64,000 nucleotides of DNA from an uncultured delta proteobacterium (GTDB lineage Bacteria; Desulfobacterota; Binatia; Binatales; Binataceae): NCBI GenBank assembly GCA_963747845.1, contig CAVVGR010000009.1:137865-201864 (forward strand). The letters are read 5' to 3'. How positions within the stretch are numbered: the stretch's first letter is position 1; each line of letters begins with the position of its first letter. The notes beneath the pieces were generated by a model, which was not told where the DNA came from, did not search any database, and was given only the letters and a program-made list of their open reading frames with translations. Positions 41,548-51,410 of the stretch are shown here, one piece after another. The translations under genes were made by a program, and so were the position numbers.

Positions 41548-43470
41548 CTAGATCGTCAGGCTCTGCGCTTCCCATAGCGCGCGGAAGTGGCCGTCGCGAA
41601 TCGCGCTTAGCGACGACCAGTCGCCTGATTCGACCACCTTGCCGCCTTCGATCACGTAAATCAGATCGGCCCATCGGATGGTCGACAGGCGATGCGCTAT
41701 CAGCACCACGGTCAGTTCGCCGCGGCGGCTGTCGATCGCGTCGAGCACGCGTCCTTCGTTTTCGGAATCGAGGCTGTTGGTCGCCTCGTCTAGTATCAGC
41801 AACGAAGGACGGCGCAGGAACGCGCGCGCCAGTGCGAGGCGTTGGCGTTCGCCCTGCGACAGCATCATGCCGCGGTCGCCGACGACAGTATCGAGCCCGT
41901 CCTTCAGGCCGGCGACGAGATCGAAGGCCGACGCCTGCCGGATCGCCTCGAGCATCTCGTCTTCGCTCGCGTCGGGACGCGCCCATTTCAGGTTCGCGCG
42001 TATCGTGTCGTGAAACAGAAACGTGTCGGGCGCCACGTAGCCGATTTGATCGCGCCATCCGCGCGCGCCCTCCGGCCCGAGCGGACGGCCGTCGAGTCGA
42101 AGCGTGCCCGCGTCCGGCGTGATCAGGCCCATCAGGATGTCGGCTATCGTGCTCTTGCCGGCGCCGGACGGTCCCACCAGCGCGACGACCTTGCCCGCGG
42201 GAATCACCAGGCTCAAATCCCTGACGGCGGGCGCGCGGCCCTCGGTGTAGGTGAACGCCACGCCGTCGGCGGAGAGTTCGCGCGTGAGCGACAGCCGATC
42301 GTGCGAATGCGCCGCGGGCTCGGCCGCCGCGATGCATCGCGCTTCGATATCGACCAGGTTGGCGAACGACGGCAGCGAGTTGACGAAAGCCTGGTAGTGA
42401 TGCTGCGCGTTCATGATTCGCGGCATCACGCGCACGAACAGCAGCAGCAGGATCAGAATCGACGCGGGCGGTACCGCCAGCACTCGAATCGAGACCAGCA
42501 GAACGACCGCGAGAATCAGGGCCGAGCTGAGCTCGAACCAGGTCGCGGCGATCGCTTGCTGGCGCGAGCCGTCCACGTTGGCGCGGGCGACGTCGGCGCT
42601 GAGCGCCGAGAAAATCGAAAAATTTCGCGCCTCGGCGCCGTAAGTCTTCGCCGCCTTGAGGCTTTGCAAATGCTCGATGGTGGCGGAGTAGAGCGATTTG
42701 TTGGTGCCCGAGACTTCCTCGCCCTGCTGCTGGATCGCATGCGTACGTCCGCGGAAAACGAACGTCAGCAGCGCGCCCGAAACCAGCACCAGCATCGTCA
42801 TACCGGCTGACAGCGCAAACGCGATCGCCATGTAGAGCGTGCTGAGCACGACTTCGCCGGCAAAGACCAGGGCGAGGTTGGTGCCGTTGCCGACGCGGTA
42901 GGTCTCATGGGTCAGCGCGTGGGTAAAATCCGAGGCGCGGCTGCGGCATACGAACAGCCAGTTGGCGTCGGCAATCGCGCGATAGATTCGCCGGCGCAGG
43001 TGATGCTCGATTTGCTGCTGAACGGTGTAAGTCCACACGTTCTGGATCTGTCCGAGCACGGTTCGCGCGCCGAACAGCATCAGGAATACACCGAGCAGCA
43101 GAATCAGCGACGGACGCATTCCGATCCTGACAAATGCGTTCGTAACGATCGCCGCGTAGCGCCCCGCTTCGCCCTGTCCGGCGAGATTCAGGCCGGCGAC
43201 CTGCAGGGTCGGCAGCAGCAGCGCGAAGCCGACGCCCTCACTCAGCGAAAAGAGAACGCTGACGACGACGACGCCGATGATATGCCAGCGCGAGACCTGC
43301 ACCAGCATCGCGAGGTAGGCGCGCAGCGTGTGATCCTGCGGCGGTTTTGCGTGATTATCGGCCAAGGGATTCCGGCCCGCATCGCATTGGCGATGCGACG
43401 ACAACTCCAGGCGCCAAAAGAGTTTACAGCGCTGGTGAAACCGACGCGAGTTTACTGAGGGCCCGCCCAA
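41548..43470 (-). CDS. ABC exporter, fused permease/ATPase
   Basis: GPSGAGKST, LSQGERQR, LILDEATNSLD; six-TM N-terminus; start uncertain. Confidence 0.88.
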   Translation of the reverse strand: MGGPSVNSRRFHQRCKLFWRLELSSHRQCDAGRNPLADNHAKPPQDHTLRAYLAMLVQVSRWHIIGVVVVSVLFSLSEGVGFALLLPTLQVAGLNLAGQGEAGRYAAIVTNAFVRIGMRPSLILLLGVFLMLFGARTVLGQIQNVWTYTVQQQIEHHLRRRIYRAIADANWLFVCRSRASDFTHALTHETYRVGNGTNLALVFAGEVVLSTLYMAIAFALSAGMTMLVLVSGALLTFVFRGRTHAIQQQGEEVSGTNKSLYSATIEHLQSLKAAKTYGAEARNFSIFSALSADVARANVDGSRQQAIAATWFELSSALILAVVLLVSIRVLAVPPASILILLLLFVRVMPRIMNAQHHYQAFVNSLPSFANLVDIEARCIAAAEPAAHSHDRLSLTRELSADGVAFTYTEGRAPAVRDLSLVIPAGKVVALVGPSGAGKSTIADILMGLITPDAGTLRLDGRPLGPEGARGWRDQIGYVAPDTFLFHDTIRANLKWARPDASEDEMLEAIRQASAFDLVAGLKDGLDTVVGDRGMMLSQGERQRLALARAFLRRPSLLILDEATNSLDSENEGRVLDAIDSRRGELTVVLIAHRLSTIRWADLIYVIEGGKVVESGDWSSLSAIRDGHFRALWEAQSLTI

Positions 43471-43485
43471 CGGGCAAGCCGGGAG

Positions 43486-44196
43486 TTACCCTGGACCCTT
43501 ACGCGCAGCGACCTCGGCGTTCGCCTTCTTGACCGCTTCATCGACTCCCTCGACAGAGCGTTTGAAAAATGGCGGACCGGCTTCGATGACCCATTCGTCG
43601 AGATTGTGCGGCGGTAGAAGTCCCCGCGCCTGGAGCCTTTTCTCTGTGTCGTACGCGAGAATCACGCCTGCGGCGACCGCTCCCGCCACGTCGCCGACGT
43701 CCAGCTTCTTGACGTTTTGATCCTGCAGGCCCGCCGCGAACGATACGCTTGAGGCGTTCATCAGCATCGCATTTCTAAGCGCGACAGTTCCGACATTCCT
43801 CATGGTGTCCACGGAGACCTCCTGCTCGTCGCCCACACCCACGAGCAAGACTCCTTTTGCCTTGATGCTGTTCCGCGGAGAATCGAAATACAGCGTTTCG
43901 AGCGGATAGCCTTCAAACTGATCGCTGTTTCGCAGTTGCCGGATGATCCCACCTAGTTCTCGATCGAAATCGGCGACGGCTTCCAGGGTCGTGTCACCCG
44001 CAGCCTTATGCTTCAGGAAGCAAACGACCTGAATCGAGCTGGGCTGACCACCGGGAGGCGTTTCCTTGACTTCGATTCGAAGATGGTTCGCACCTTCAAA
44101 GGCTTTCTCCGGCACAGGCGCTGTCTGAGCCGACCCTCTGCCCGGCGAAAATATTAGCGAACCGCATAGAATCGCCACTACTAGAATAGTTCTCAT
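43486..44196 (-). CDS. Secreted protein resembling the M17 leucyl aminopeptidase N-terminal domain only
   Basis: Signal peptide; DRELGGIIRQLR..F.G..LETL...IKAKGVLLVGVG; no catalytic domain. Confidence 0.65.
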   Translation of the reverse strand: MRTILVVAILCGSLIFSPGRGSAQTAPVPEKAFEGANHLRIEVKETPPGGQPSSIQVVCFLKHKAAGDTTLEAVADFDRELGGIIRQLRNSDQFEGYPLETLYFDSPRNSIKAKGVLLVGVGDEQEVSVDTMRNVGTVALRNAMLMNASSVSFAAGLQDQNVKKLDVGDVAGAVAAGVILAYDTEKRLQARGLLPPHNLDEWVIEAGPPFFKRSVEGVDEAVKKANAEVAARKGPG

Positions 44197-44216
44197 ACAA
44201 GTCTCCTCCTGAATTG

Positions 44217-44394
44217 CCTCGCCCCACGAGGGGAGGTGTCATAGACACGCGGCCGACGCGCGTCCACGCGTGGCGGGTGAGGGACCGAATTTCCCGAAAT
44301 TCCGGATGTGCGGCGCAACAGACAATCGCGCCGCACAAACGTCCCTCACCCGACGCTCCAGGAAGAACGTCGGCCTCTCCCTCGTGGGGCGAGG
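44217..44394. repeat. REPIN-like element made of inverted REP pairs
   Basis: CCTCGCCCCACGAGGGGAGG ... CCTCTCCCTCGTGGGGCGAGG with an inner CGGGTGAGGGAC/GTCCCTCACCCG inverted pair. Confidence 0.7.
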
Positions 44395-44436
44395 CAAAGA
44401 AGGAGCTTCGCTCAGTGCGCGCATGGACGATGTCGC

Positions 44437-45330
44437 CTACGCGAGTTTGGGGCGGACTTCGGCGTCGAACCTGTCTAGAAACTTTTCGAGCGGCTCGGTG
44501 AACAGCGGATCGTTGCCGAGCGGCGTAATCAAAACCTCGTCGACGCCGATCGCTGCGAAGCGATTCAGGTAGTCGGCGATCTCCGCCGGCGGCGCCAGGA
44601 TGCCCTCGACGTAGCCGCCGGTGTCTTTCCATTGCGGCGCAAACCCAATGTACACGCGATGACTGATCGAGAATCCATCGAGGTTGCGGCCGCCGCGTGC
44701 CGCGATTTCGCGAATCCATCCGATGCGCTCGGCGACCTGTTCGGGTTTCATTCGCGTGCCATGCCATCCGTCGCCCAACTCGACGGCGCGGCGAACTGCG
44801 CGGCGGCTCGTTCCTCCGATCCAAATCGGGATATTGCCGGCGGCGGGACGCGGGCCGAAGCGCATGCCAGACAGATTGAAAAACTCGCCGTGAAATTCCG
44901 GCACCGCCGACGACCAGACCGCGCGCATCAGCTTGATCGTTTCATCGGTGTAGGCGCCACGCTTCTCGAACGGCGCGCCGAGTGCGCGAAACTCCGCTTC
45001 GAGCCATCCGCTGGCCAGTCCCGCGACGACCCGGCCCGACGACAGCCGGTCGAGTGTCGCGAGCTCCTTGGCGAGGTGAATCGCGTTGCGATAGGGAACC
45101 ACGATCACGCTGGTGGCGAGCTTGATCCTGCTGGTGAGCGCGGCGGCGTAGGCAAGCGTCGCGATCGGCTCCATTATTTCGATCGCAGGCAGCCGGCCGC
45201 CGGTCTCGGGCACGAGCAAATGGTCGCTGACCCAGATTGAATGGTAGCCTTCCTGCTCGGCGCGTTTGGCGACGTGCGCGATATCATGCGCCGCGCCCCC
45301 GATCTGCGGCAGATGGAGTCCGATTTTCGT
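44437..45330 (-). CDS. LLM-class (probably F420-dependent) oxidoreductase
   Basis: (M)KIGLHLPQ...GYHSIWVSDH, LAKELATLDRLSSGR, PIWIGG; in-frame ACG after an AGGAG RBS. Confidence 0.88.
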   Translation of the reverse strand, partial: TKIGLHLPQIGGAAHDIAHVAKRAEQEGYHSIWVSDHLLVPETGGRLPAIEIMEPIATLAYAAALTSRIKLATSVIVVPYRNAIHLAKELATLDRLSSGRVVAGLASGWLEAEFRALGAPFEKRGAYTDETIKLMRAVWSSAVPEFHGEFFNLSGMRFGPRPAAGNIPIWIGGTSRRAVRRAVELGDGWHGTRMKPEQVAERIGWIREIAARGGRNLDGFSISHRVYIGFAPQWKDTGGYVEGILAPPAEIADYLNRFAAIGVDEVLITPLGNDPLFTEPLEKFLDRFDAEVRPKLA

Positions 45331-45348
45331 GACGGTTCTCCTGCGACC

Positions 45349-46116
45349 TCAGTAACTCGGGTCGCCCGCGAGTATCGCGACGACTCCGCGACAGGTCGGA
45401 AAATCCCAATGCTGGGTGCTCATGCAGAGTTTCCACGCGCTGACGGAATCGTGCTTGCCGACCAGCGCGAGCAACTGCGATTTGAGCGGATCCTTGACCT
45501 TCGTCACCGCCGCTTCGGCCTGCTGGCGACCGCGGGCGCGCCGCTCCTGGATCTGGGCAAAGCGCTTCATCCCGGCTTCGGTCGGACATGGCTGCGCTTC
45601 ATACCAGTGACCGTTTTCCTGGCCGATCACCAGGTTCACGGTGGCAGTGTCGTCGCCGGAGGCAAACTCGATTCCCATGTAATACGTCGGCGGCATCGGC
45701 CAGGTCGCGTACTCGTTCGCGTTCATCGAACCTGGCGGCAGCTTGTAAACCGTGAGGTTGTAGATCGTGCTGATCGGAAGTGAGAATTGCTTGTGAAACC
45801 GGTCCTGCAGAAAGTTCTTGTTCTTGCCGATGCACTTAACCGTGGAGGGCGCGACCAGCAGCTCCATCGCTTCGTAGTCTTTCGACTTCATCGCGGCGGT
45901 CACCTTGCGCGCCAATTCCTGCTGGGCCGGCGTCGGCTTTAGCGCCACCTCTGGCGCCGCGGTCGCCGGCGTTTGAGCCGCATGCGGCGCAGCGCTCGGC
46001 GCGCGCATCGCCCACGGCGATTCCTGCGGTGCGGGGGTTTGCCCGGCAAGCGCGGGCGCGGCCAGCGCGACGGCCAGCATCGGCAAAACAGATTTCGCTC
46101 GCAAAGACTTCAGCAT
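45349..46116 (-). CDS. Secreted hypothetical protein
   Basis: Signal peptide, Pro/Ala linker, GGAG RBS. Confidence 0.7.
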   Translation of the reverse strand: MLKSLRAKSVLPMLAVALAAPALAGQTPAPQESPWAMRAPSAAPHAAQTPATAAPEVALKPTPAQQELARKVTAAMKSKDYEAMELLVAPSTVKCIGKNKNFLQDRFHKQFSLPISTIYNLTVYKLPPGSMNANEYATWPMPPTYYMGIEFASGDDTATVNLVIGQENGHWYEAQPCPTEAGMKRFAQIQERRARGRQQAEAAVTKVKDPLKSQLLALVGKHDSVSAWKLCMSTQHWDFPTCRGVVAILAGDPSY

Positions 46117-46219
46117 CTCACTCCTTCAGGGGCGGGCACGACGGTGCCTCTATCGACCGCAGATAAATTTCTACGAATCGCCGAGCGCCTGCAAGCCGTC
46201 CGCGAAAGCGATGGCGAGA

Positions 46220-48286
46220 TTAGTCTTTGTCGGGGATGGACTTCAATTGCTCGAGCCATGCGGTCGCTTCGCTGTCCGCGGGCGCGCGCCAGTCGCCCCG
46301 CGGCGACAGCGATCCGCCCGACCCAACCTTGGGCGCGTTCGGAATACAACTGCGCTTGAACTGGCTCAACTGGAAAAACCGGTACAGGAACGTGTGCAGA
46401 TGCCCCTTGATGGTCGCGATGTCGTACTGGTTGCGCCGATCGGGCGGGATGTCCGGCCAATTGCCCGCCTCCTTGTCGCGCCATGCGTTGTAAGCGAGGA
46501 ACGCGACCTTCGGCGGCGGGTAGCCGAAGCGCAAGGTGTAGTAGAGAAAAAAATCGTGCAGCTCGTACGGCCCGATGGTCGCCTCGGTGTCGTGGCTGGG
46601 ATGGCCGTCCGCCGAGGTGCCGGGAATCAGCTCGGGGCTGATGGGAGTCGCGAGAATCTCGAGCAGCGTCGCGCTGGTCTGGCGGCCGAGGCTTTCGGTC
46701 TGCGCGAGCCATCGAATGACGTGCTGGATCAGCGTCTTCGGCACGCTCGCGTTGACGCTGTAATGCGACATGTGATCGCCGACGCCGTAGGTGCACCATC
46801 CCAGCGCCAGCTCGCTCAGGTCGCCGGTGCCAACCACCAGCCCGCCGCGCAGGTTCGCCAGGCGAAAGAGATGGTTGGTGCGCTCGCCCGCCTGCACGTT
46901 CTCGAAGGTGACGTCGTAGACCTCTTTGCCCTCGGCATACGGATGCCCGATGTCCTTGAGCATCTGCATGCAACTCGGCCGGATGTCGATTTCGTCGGTC
47001 GTGCAGCCGAGCGACTTCATCAGGCGGCGTGCCTGGTCGAGCGTGCGCGCGCTGGTCGCGAAGCCGGGCATCGTGACGGCCAGGATGTTCTTGCGCGGCG
47101 CGCCGAGACGATCCATCACCCGCGCGCATACCAGCAGCGCGTGGGTCGAATCGATACCGCCCGAGACGCCAATCACGACCCGCTCGAGGCCGGTCGAGCG
47201 CAGGCGCGTCGCGAGACCTTCCACCTGGATGTCGAAGACTTCGGCGCATCGCTCGTCGCGCGTCGCGGGATCCGATGGCACGTACGGGAAGCGTTCGTAA
47301 TGCCGATTCGGCAGCATCTTGCCGCGCCGCGGCAATTCCGCCGAAAATGAAATTCGCCGAAAGCGCCGCACTCGCTCGAGCTCGCGCTGCGCGGTGTCGC
47401 CGAACGTGTTCTGGCGCATCCGCTCCTGCGACAGCCGCTCGAGATCTATCTCCGCGCAAACGACTTGCGGCTGATCCTTGAAGCGCTCCGACTCGGCCAC
47501 GATGTTGCCGTTCTCGGCGATGAGTGCATGGCCGTCCCACGCCAGATCGGTGGTCGATTCGCCGACGCCTGCCGCCGAGTATGCGTACGCCGCGAGGCAT
47601 CGCGCGGATTGACTGGCGACAAGAGCGCGCCGGTAGTCGGCCTTGCCAACCGTGATGTTCGACGCCGACAGGTTGAGCAGCACGGTCGCTCCGGCCAGCG
47701 CCGCGTAGGAGGAGGGCGAAATCGGCACCCACAAGTCCTCGCAAATCTCGGCGTGAAAGGTCAGCAGCGGCTGCTCCTCATGCTGAAAGATGAGACTGTT
47801 GCCGAACGGCACCGCGCGATTCCCGGCGAGATCGATTTCGTCGCGCGTGGCGGCGTCGGCCGAGCTGAATTGCCGCGGCTCGTAAAATTCGCGGTAGTTG
47901 GGGAGATTGGTCTTGGGCACGACGCCGAGAATCTTCCCGCGATGAATGACGATCGCGCAGTTATATAGATGATGATCAATCTGCAGCGGCGCGCCGACCA
48001 CCGCGACGATGGAAAGTTTGGTCGTCGCCTCGAGCACCGCGGCGATGGCGTCGAGGCATGCGTCGAGCAGCGCGCGCTGCTGGAACAGGTCGTCGCACGA
48101 GTAGGCGGTCAGCCCCAGTTCGGGAAACAGCGCGAGGACCGCCTTGCGATCGGCGGCGTCGCGGATGAGCGCGATAGTCTGTTCGGCATTGTAGGCGGGA
48201 TCGGCGACCCGAACCGACGGCACTCCAACCGCGATTCGGACGAAATCGTGGTTGTAAAGGTTGAAAAAGTTTCCGTTCCTGGTCAC
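46220..48286 (-). CDS. nadE: Glutamine-dependent NAD+ synthetase
   Basis: Nitrilase domain (FPELGL, NYREFYE, EICEDLW) plus [26 protein letters not shown]. Confidence 0.95.
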   Translation of the reverse strand: MTRNGNFFNLYNHDFVRIAVGVPSVRVADPAYNAEQTIALIRDAADRKAVLALFPELGLTAYSCDDLFQQRALLDACLDAIAAVLEATTKLSIVAVVGAPLQIDHHLYNCAIVIHRGKILGVVPKTNLPNYREFYEPRQFSSADAATRDEIDLAGNRAVPFGNSLIFQHEEQPLLTFHAEICEDLWVPISPSSYAALAGATVLLNLSASNITVGKADYRRALVASQSARCLAAYAYSAAGVGESTTDLAWDGHALIAENGNIVAESERFKDQPQVVCAEIDLERLSQERMRQNTFGDTAQRELERVRRFRRISFSAELPRRGKMLPNRHYERFPYVPSDPATRDERCAEVFDIQVEGLATRLRSTGLERVVIGVSGGIDSTHALLVCARVMDRLGAPRKNILAVTMPGFATSARTLDQARRLMKSLGCTTDEIDIRPSCMQMLKDIGHPYAEGKEVYDVTFENVQAGERTNHLFRLANLRGGLVVGTGDLSELALGWCTYGVGDHMSHYSVNASVPKTLIQHVIRWLAQTESLGRQTSATLLEILATPISPELIPGTSADGHPSHDTEATIGPYELHDFFLYYTLRFGYPPPKVAFLAYNAWRDKEAGNWPDIPPDRRNQYDIATIKGHLHTFLYRFFQLSQFKRSCIPNAPKVGSGGSLSPRGDWRAPADSEATAWLEQLKSIPDKD

Positions 48287-48377
48287 GTCGCTACGCCGTT
48301 ACCAAGACTCTGCCGCTTGTAAGCGTCCGGTACAAGATTGCCCGATTGGCCTGCTCCGCTCCTATGAAGGGGCCGTT

Positions 48378-48731
48378 TCAGTCCGTCGGCTTCTCGACGA
48401 ACGCCCGTAGTCGGTCCAGCGCTTCATCCCAATCTCGCGAAATCTGGTCCAGGTACTGCCGCGCTTCGGCGAGCCGCTCCGTCTGCAGCTCCCAGATTCG
48501 TTTGCGGCCGACGCGAGAGCTGCGTGCGAGGCCCACTACTTCGAGTGCACGCAGGTGTTTCGTGACCGCCTGGCGCGAAACCGAGGCACCGTCCGCCAAC
48601 TGCACGATCGATAGCGGCCCGTCGCCGCACAACCGGGCGACAATGTGCAATCGCGTGTCGTCACCCAGCGCTGCAAAGACAGGCGCGGCCTGGGCTAGTC
48701 TCGCGGCGGCAGAACTATGCGATAGCGCCAT
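48378..48731 (-). CDS. ArsR/SmtB family regulator
   Basis: FAALGDDTRLHIV...VSRQAVTKHLRALE..GL. Confidence 0.88.
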   Translation of the reverse strand: MALSHSSAAARLAQAAPVFAALGDDTRLHIVARLCGDGPLSIVQLADGASVSRQAVTKHLRALEVVGLARSSRVGRKRIWELQTERLAEARQYLDQISRDWDEALDRLRAFVEKPTD

Positions 48732-48733
48732 GT

Positions 48734-49231
48734 TCAGGCCGCGAGCGCGAGGTACTTTTCGATGAGCGGGCCTTGCGCTGCCCATCCTTGCTCGTGGCTG
48801 ATGATTTCCTTGGCGCGCCGCTCTGGCGAAAGTTCGTCAAATCCCGACTCCGTGATTGTGAGCATCGTACCGCCGGAAAGTTCTTCCAGCCTGAACTCGA
48901 CGAGCGTGGTTGGCTCCTGCGAGTAATCGACGCCAGCGTCTTCGTCGAATGGATACCAGTGCATCGAGAAAAGCCGCATCGGTTCGACGCGCTCCACCCA
49001 AATCGTGAACGGCTTCCCCAGGCGTTGGTTGTGTCTGCTGGCGATATCCGCATCGGCAACAACGATCGGAGCAACTCTGCCGACCATACCGGTCCCGGCG
49101 ACGAACGGACCGTCGAACTTGACGCCGTGCCAGCTGCCGAACTGTTTCGAGTCACTGATCGCGTGCCACACGCGCTCCAGCGGCGCATGCAACAGTATCT
49201 TCTTTTCGATCCGGTCGGTGTTTGTCTGCAT
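48734..49231 (-). CDS. SRPBCC/AHSA1 family protein
   Basis: TDRIEKKILLHAPLERVWHAI...TLVEFRL...LTITESGF...GW. Confidence 0.88.
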   Translation of the reverse strand: MQTNTDRIEKKILLHAPLERVWHAISDSKQFGSWHGVKFDGPFVAGTGMVGRVAPIVVADADIASRHNQRLGKPFTIWVERVEPMRLFSMHWYPFDEDAGVDYSQEPTTLVEFRLEELSGGTMLTITESGFDELSPERRAKEIISHEQGWAAQGPLIEKYLALAA

Positions 49232-49295
49232 GCGCAACCTCTTGGTTGCGCTACAGTGTCATTTCTTTCGTTGAGATGCAACCGGCTGGTTGCAT
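49232..49295. promoter_or_regulatory. Two GCAACC-N4-GGTTGC palindromes, probable ArsR operators
   Basis: GCGCAACC-TCTT-GGTTGCGC (49232-49251) and ATGCAACC-GGCT-GGTTGCAT (49276-49295). Confidence 0.75.
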
Positions 49296-49378
49296 TGTAG
49301 GGTGCCGTTTGCCCCGCCTTGAGGTCGAATCTGCTTGTTTGTCGAGGACTTAGGGTTCCTGCGGTCTTCGTTCAATCC

Positions 49379-49397
49379 ATTGAACAAATTGTTCAAT
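49379..49397. promoter_or_regulatory. Perfect palindrome ATTGAACAA-A-TTGTTCAAT, probable repressor operator
   Basis: 9-bp perfect inverted repeat upstream of the small ORF at 49446. Confidence 0.6.
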
Positions 49398-49445
49398 CGA
49401 AAATCACGCCTATTTGTTGAAGGGGCATGGAACAGGAGGACGGCA

Positions 49446-49616
49446 ATGATTTCGACTCTCTATCATGAACTGTTCAGCTCGACCGACGGCGGCAAGAAAC
49501 CGGCCGACGGCTTCAAATCCAGGCTTGGCGACCAGCTCGATGAGATAGCGGTTTTCGCATTGGTTGCAGTCGCCATTTTTTATATCGCAGCCGCGAGCTG
49601 CTGGTTCCTTATGTAA
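49446..49616 (+). CDS. 56-aa small protein with C-terminal TM helix
   Basis: AGGAGGA RBS; MISTLYHELF...IAVFALVAVAIFYIAAASCWFLM. Confidence 0.6.
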   Translation: MISTLYHELFSSTDGGKKPADGFKSRLGDQLDEIAVFALVAVAIFYIAAASCWFLM

Positions 49617-49889
49617 CAGGCGTCAATCCCCCGAGCGCGCCCTGGCGGGGAGTCTCCGTGATGAACGGCGCCCCCGCCAGGAAAATTAAAGCAGCTACGG
49701 GGAATAAAAGTTTCCGGATCCTTCCGCACCGCCGGCGCGTTCCAAAAGGGGGGCACGCGCTGGCGGTGTCCTTTTGCGTGCGCGAAAAATGCCTCGGCTG
49801 TCATTGTCGAACGCGTCGATCACTGCAATAAGAGGGGAGCGGTCTCGCAGGCCGCGTCGAATCAACGCGCCGTCGAAGGAGGAATCGCG

Positions 49890-50495
49890 ATGCCAGAGTC
49901 AGCAGGGAATGGTAACGGGAACCGCCGCGTGGTGCCGGCTAAATTCGCGCACGCCGTGCTCGCCACCAAGCAATTCCAGCCGATGCTCGATTGGTACACG
50001 ACGGTGCTGCAGGCCGAGGTCGTTCACAGCAACGGCATGCTGGCGTTCATCACCTACGACGACGAGCATCACCGGATTGCGATCGCGGCAGTGCCCGGGC
50101 TTCAGGACAAGCCGCGGCATTCGGTCGGACTGGACCATCTCGCCTACACCTACGCGAATCTCGGCGACCTGGTTTATACCTACGAACGGCTCAAGCAGGC
50201 TGGCATCACGCCGGTAGTGACGATCAATCACGGGCCCACCACCTCGATGTACTATCGCGACCCCGACGGCAACCGGGTCGAGCTGCAAGTGGATAATTTC
50301 GATTCGACCGAAGAGCTGAAGAATTTTTTCCACAGCGATGCGTTCGCGAAGAATCCGATCGGCGTGAACTTCAACGCCGACCAGCTGGCGCGCGACTTTC
50401 ACGCGGGCGTGCGCGAATCGGACCTGAAGAAGTACGACGCCACGCGCGGACTCGATCCCGAGACGATGCGGCGGCTGATGGGCGAACAGAATTGA
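49890..50495 (+). CDS. VOC family protein (extradiol dioxygenase/glyoxalase-like)
   Basis: FAHAVL, YDDEHHRIAI, GLDHLAY, NHGPTTSMYYRDPDGNRVELQ. Confidence 0.88.
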   Translation: MPESAGNGNGNRRVVPAKFAHAVLATKQFQPMLDWYTTVLQAEVVHSNGMLAFITYDDEHHRIAIAAVPGLQDKPRHSVGLDHLAYTYANLGDLVYTYERLKQAGITPVVTINHGPTTSMYYRDPDGNRVELQVDNFDSTEELKNFFHSDAFAKNPIGVNFNADQLARDFHAGVRESDLKKYDATRGLDPETMRRLMGEQN

Positions 50496-50534
50496 AGATA
50501 GTTTGATCGAAACAAGCGGAGCGGCTGGAGTCGA

Positions 50535-51410
50535 ATGAAACTGGCGACATTCACCCATGGCGGCACAACGCGGATTGGCGTCGTAGTCGAGGACTCTATC
50601 GTTGACCTTGCGGCCGCGGTGTCCGAGCTGCCGCGCGAGATGACCGCGTTCCTGGTCGCTGGCGAGCGTGCAATCGAGCGCGCGGCGGGCGCGGTGAAAA
50701 ATTCCACCCATCGGATTGCGCTGGCAGAGGTCAAGCTCGAGGCGCCTATCGCGCGGCCACCCGAGTTTCTCGCCATCGGGCTCAACTACGCGGACCATGT
50801 CGAAGAAACCAGGCAGAAACGTCCCGAGTTTCCGTTGTTCTTCAACAAACAAACGAGCTGCGTGACCGGGCCGGGCGATCCGATTCATCTGCCGCGCGCG
50901 TCGTCGGCGCTCGACTACGAGGGCGAGCTCGGCTTCATCATCGGCCGCCGATGCCGCCATGTGCCGCGCGATCGCGCGCACGAGGTAATCGCGGGCTACG
51001 TAATCGTGGACGACGTGAGCGTGCGCGACTGGCAGCGGCGATCGCCGACGATGACGCTGGGCAAGTCGTTCGACACGCACGGGCCGTTCGGGCCGTGGAT
51101 CGTCACGCCGGACGAGATAGGCGACCCGCACAAGCTGGACCTGAAGACGTTCGTCAACGGCGAACAACGCCAGCATTCGAACACCAAAAATCTGATCTTC
51201 GATTGCTTCGCGCAGGTCGAGACGCTGTCGACAGTCTTCACCCTGCTGCCGGGAACGATCGTTTCGACCGGCACGCCCGGCGGGGTCGCCGCCGCGATGA
51301 ATCCGCCGAAATGGCTCAAGGCTGGCGACGTGGTCAGGATCGAGATCGAGAAGATCGGCAAGCTCGAAAACAAGGTGATCGACGAGCCATCCAGTACAAC
51401 GAAGATTTGA
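50535..51410 (+). CDS. Fumarylacetoacetate hydrolase family protein
   Basis: IGLNYADH, LDYEGEL, DVSVRDWQ, GKSFDTHGPFGP, TGTPGGV. Confidence 0.92.
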   Translation: MKLATFTHGGTTRIGVVVEDSIVDLAAAVSELPREMTAFLVAGERAIERAAGAVKNSTHRIALAEVKLEAPIARPPEFLAIGLNYADHVEETRQKRPEFPLFFNKQTSCVTGPGDPIHLPRASSALDYEGELGFIIGRRCRHVPRDRAHEVIAGYVIVDDVSVRDWQRRSPTMTLGKSFDTHGPFGPWIVTPDEIGDPHKLDLKTFVNGEQRQHSNTKNLIFDCFAQVETLSTVFTLLPGTIVSTGTPGGVAAAMNPPKWLKAGDVVRIEIEKIGKLENKVIDEPSSTTKI

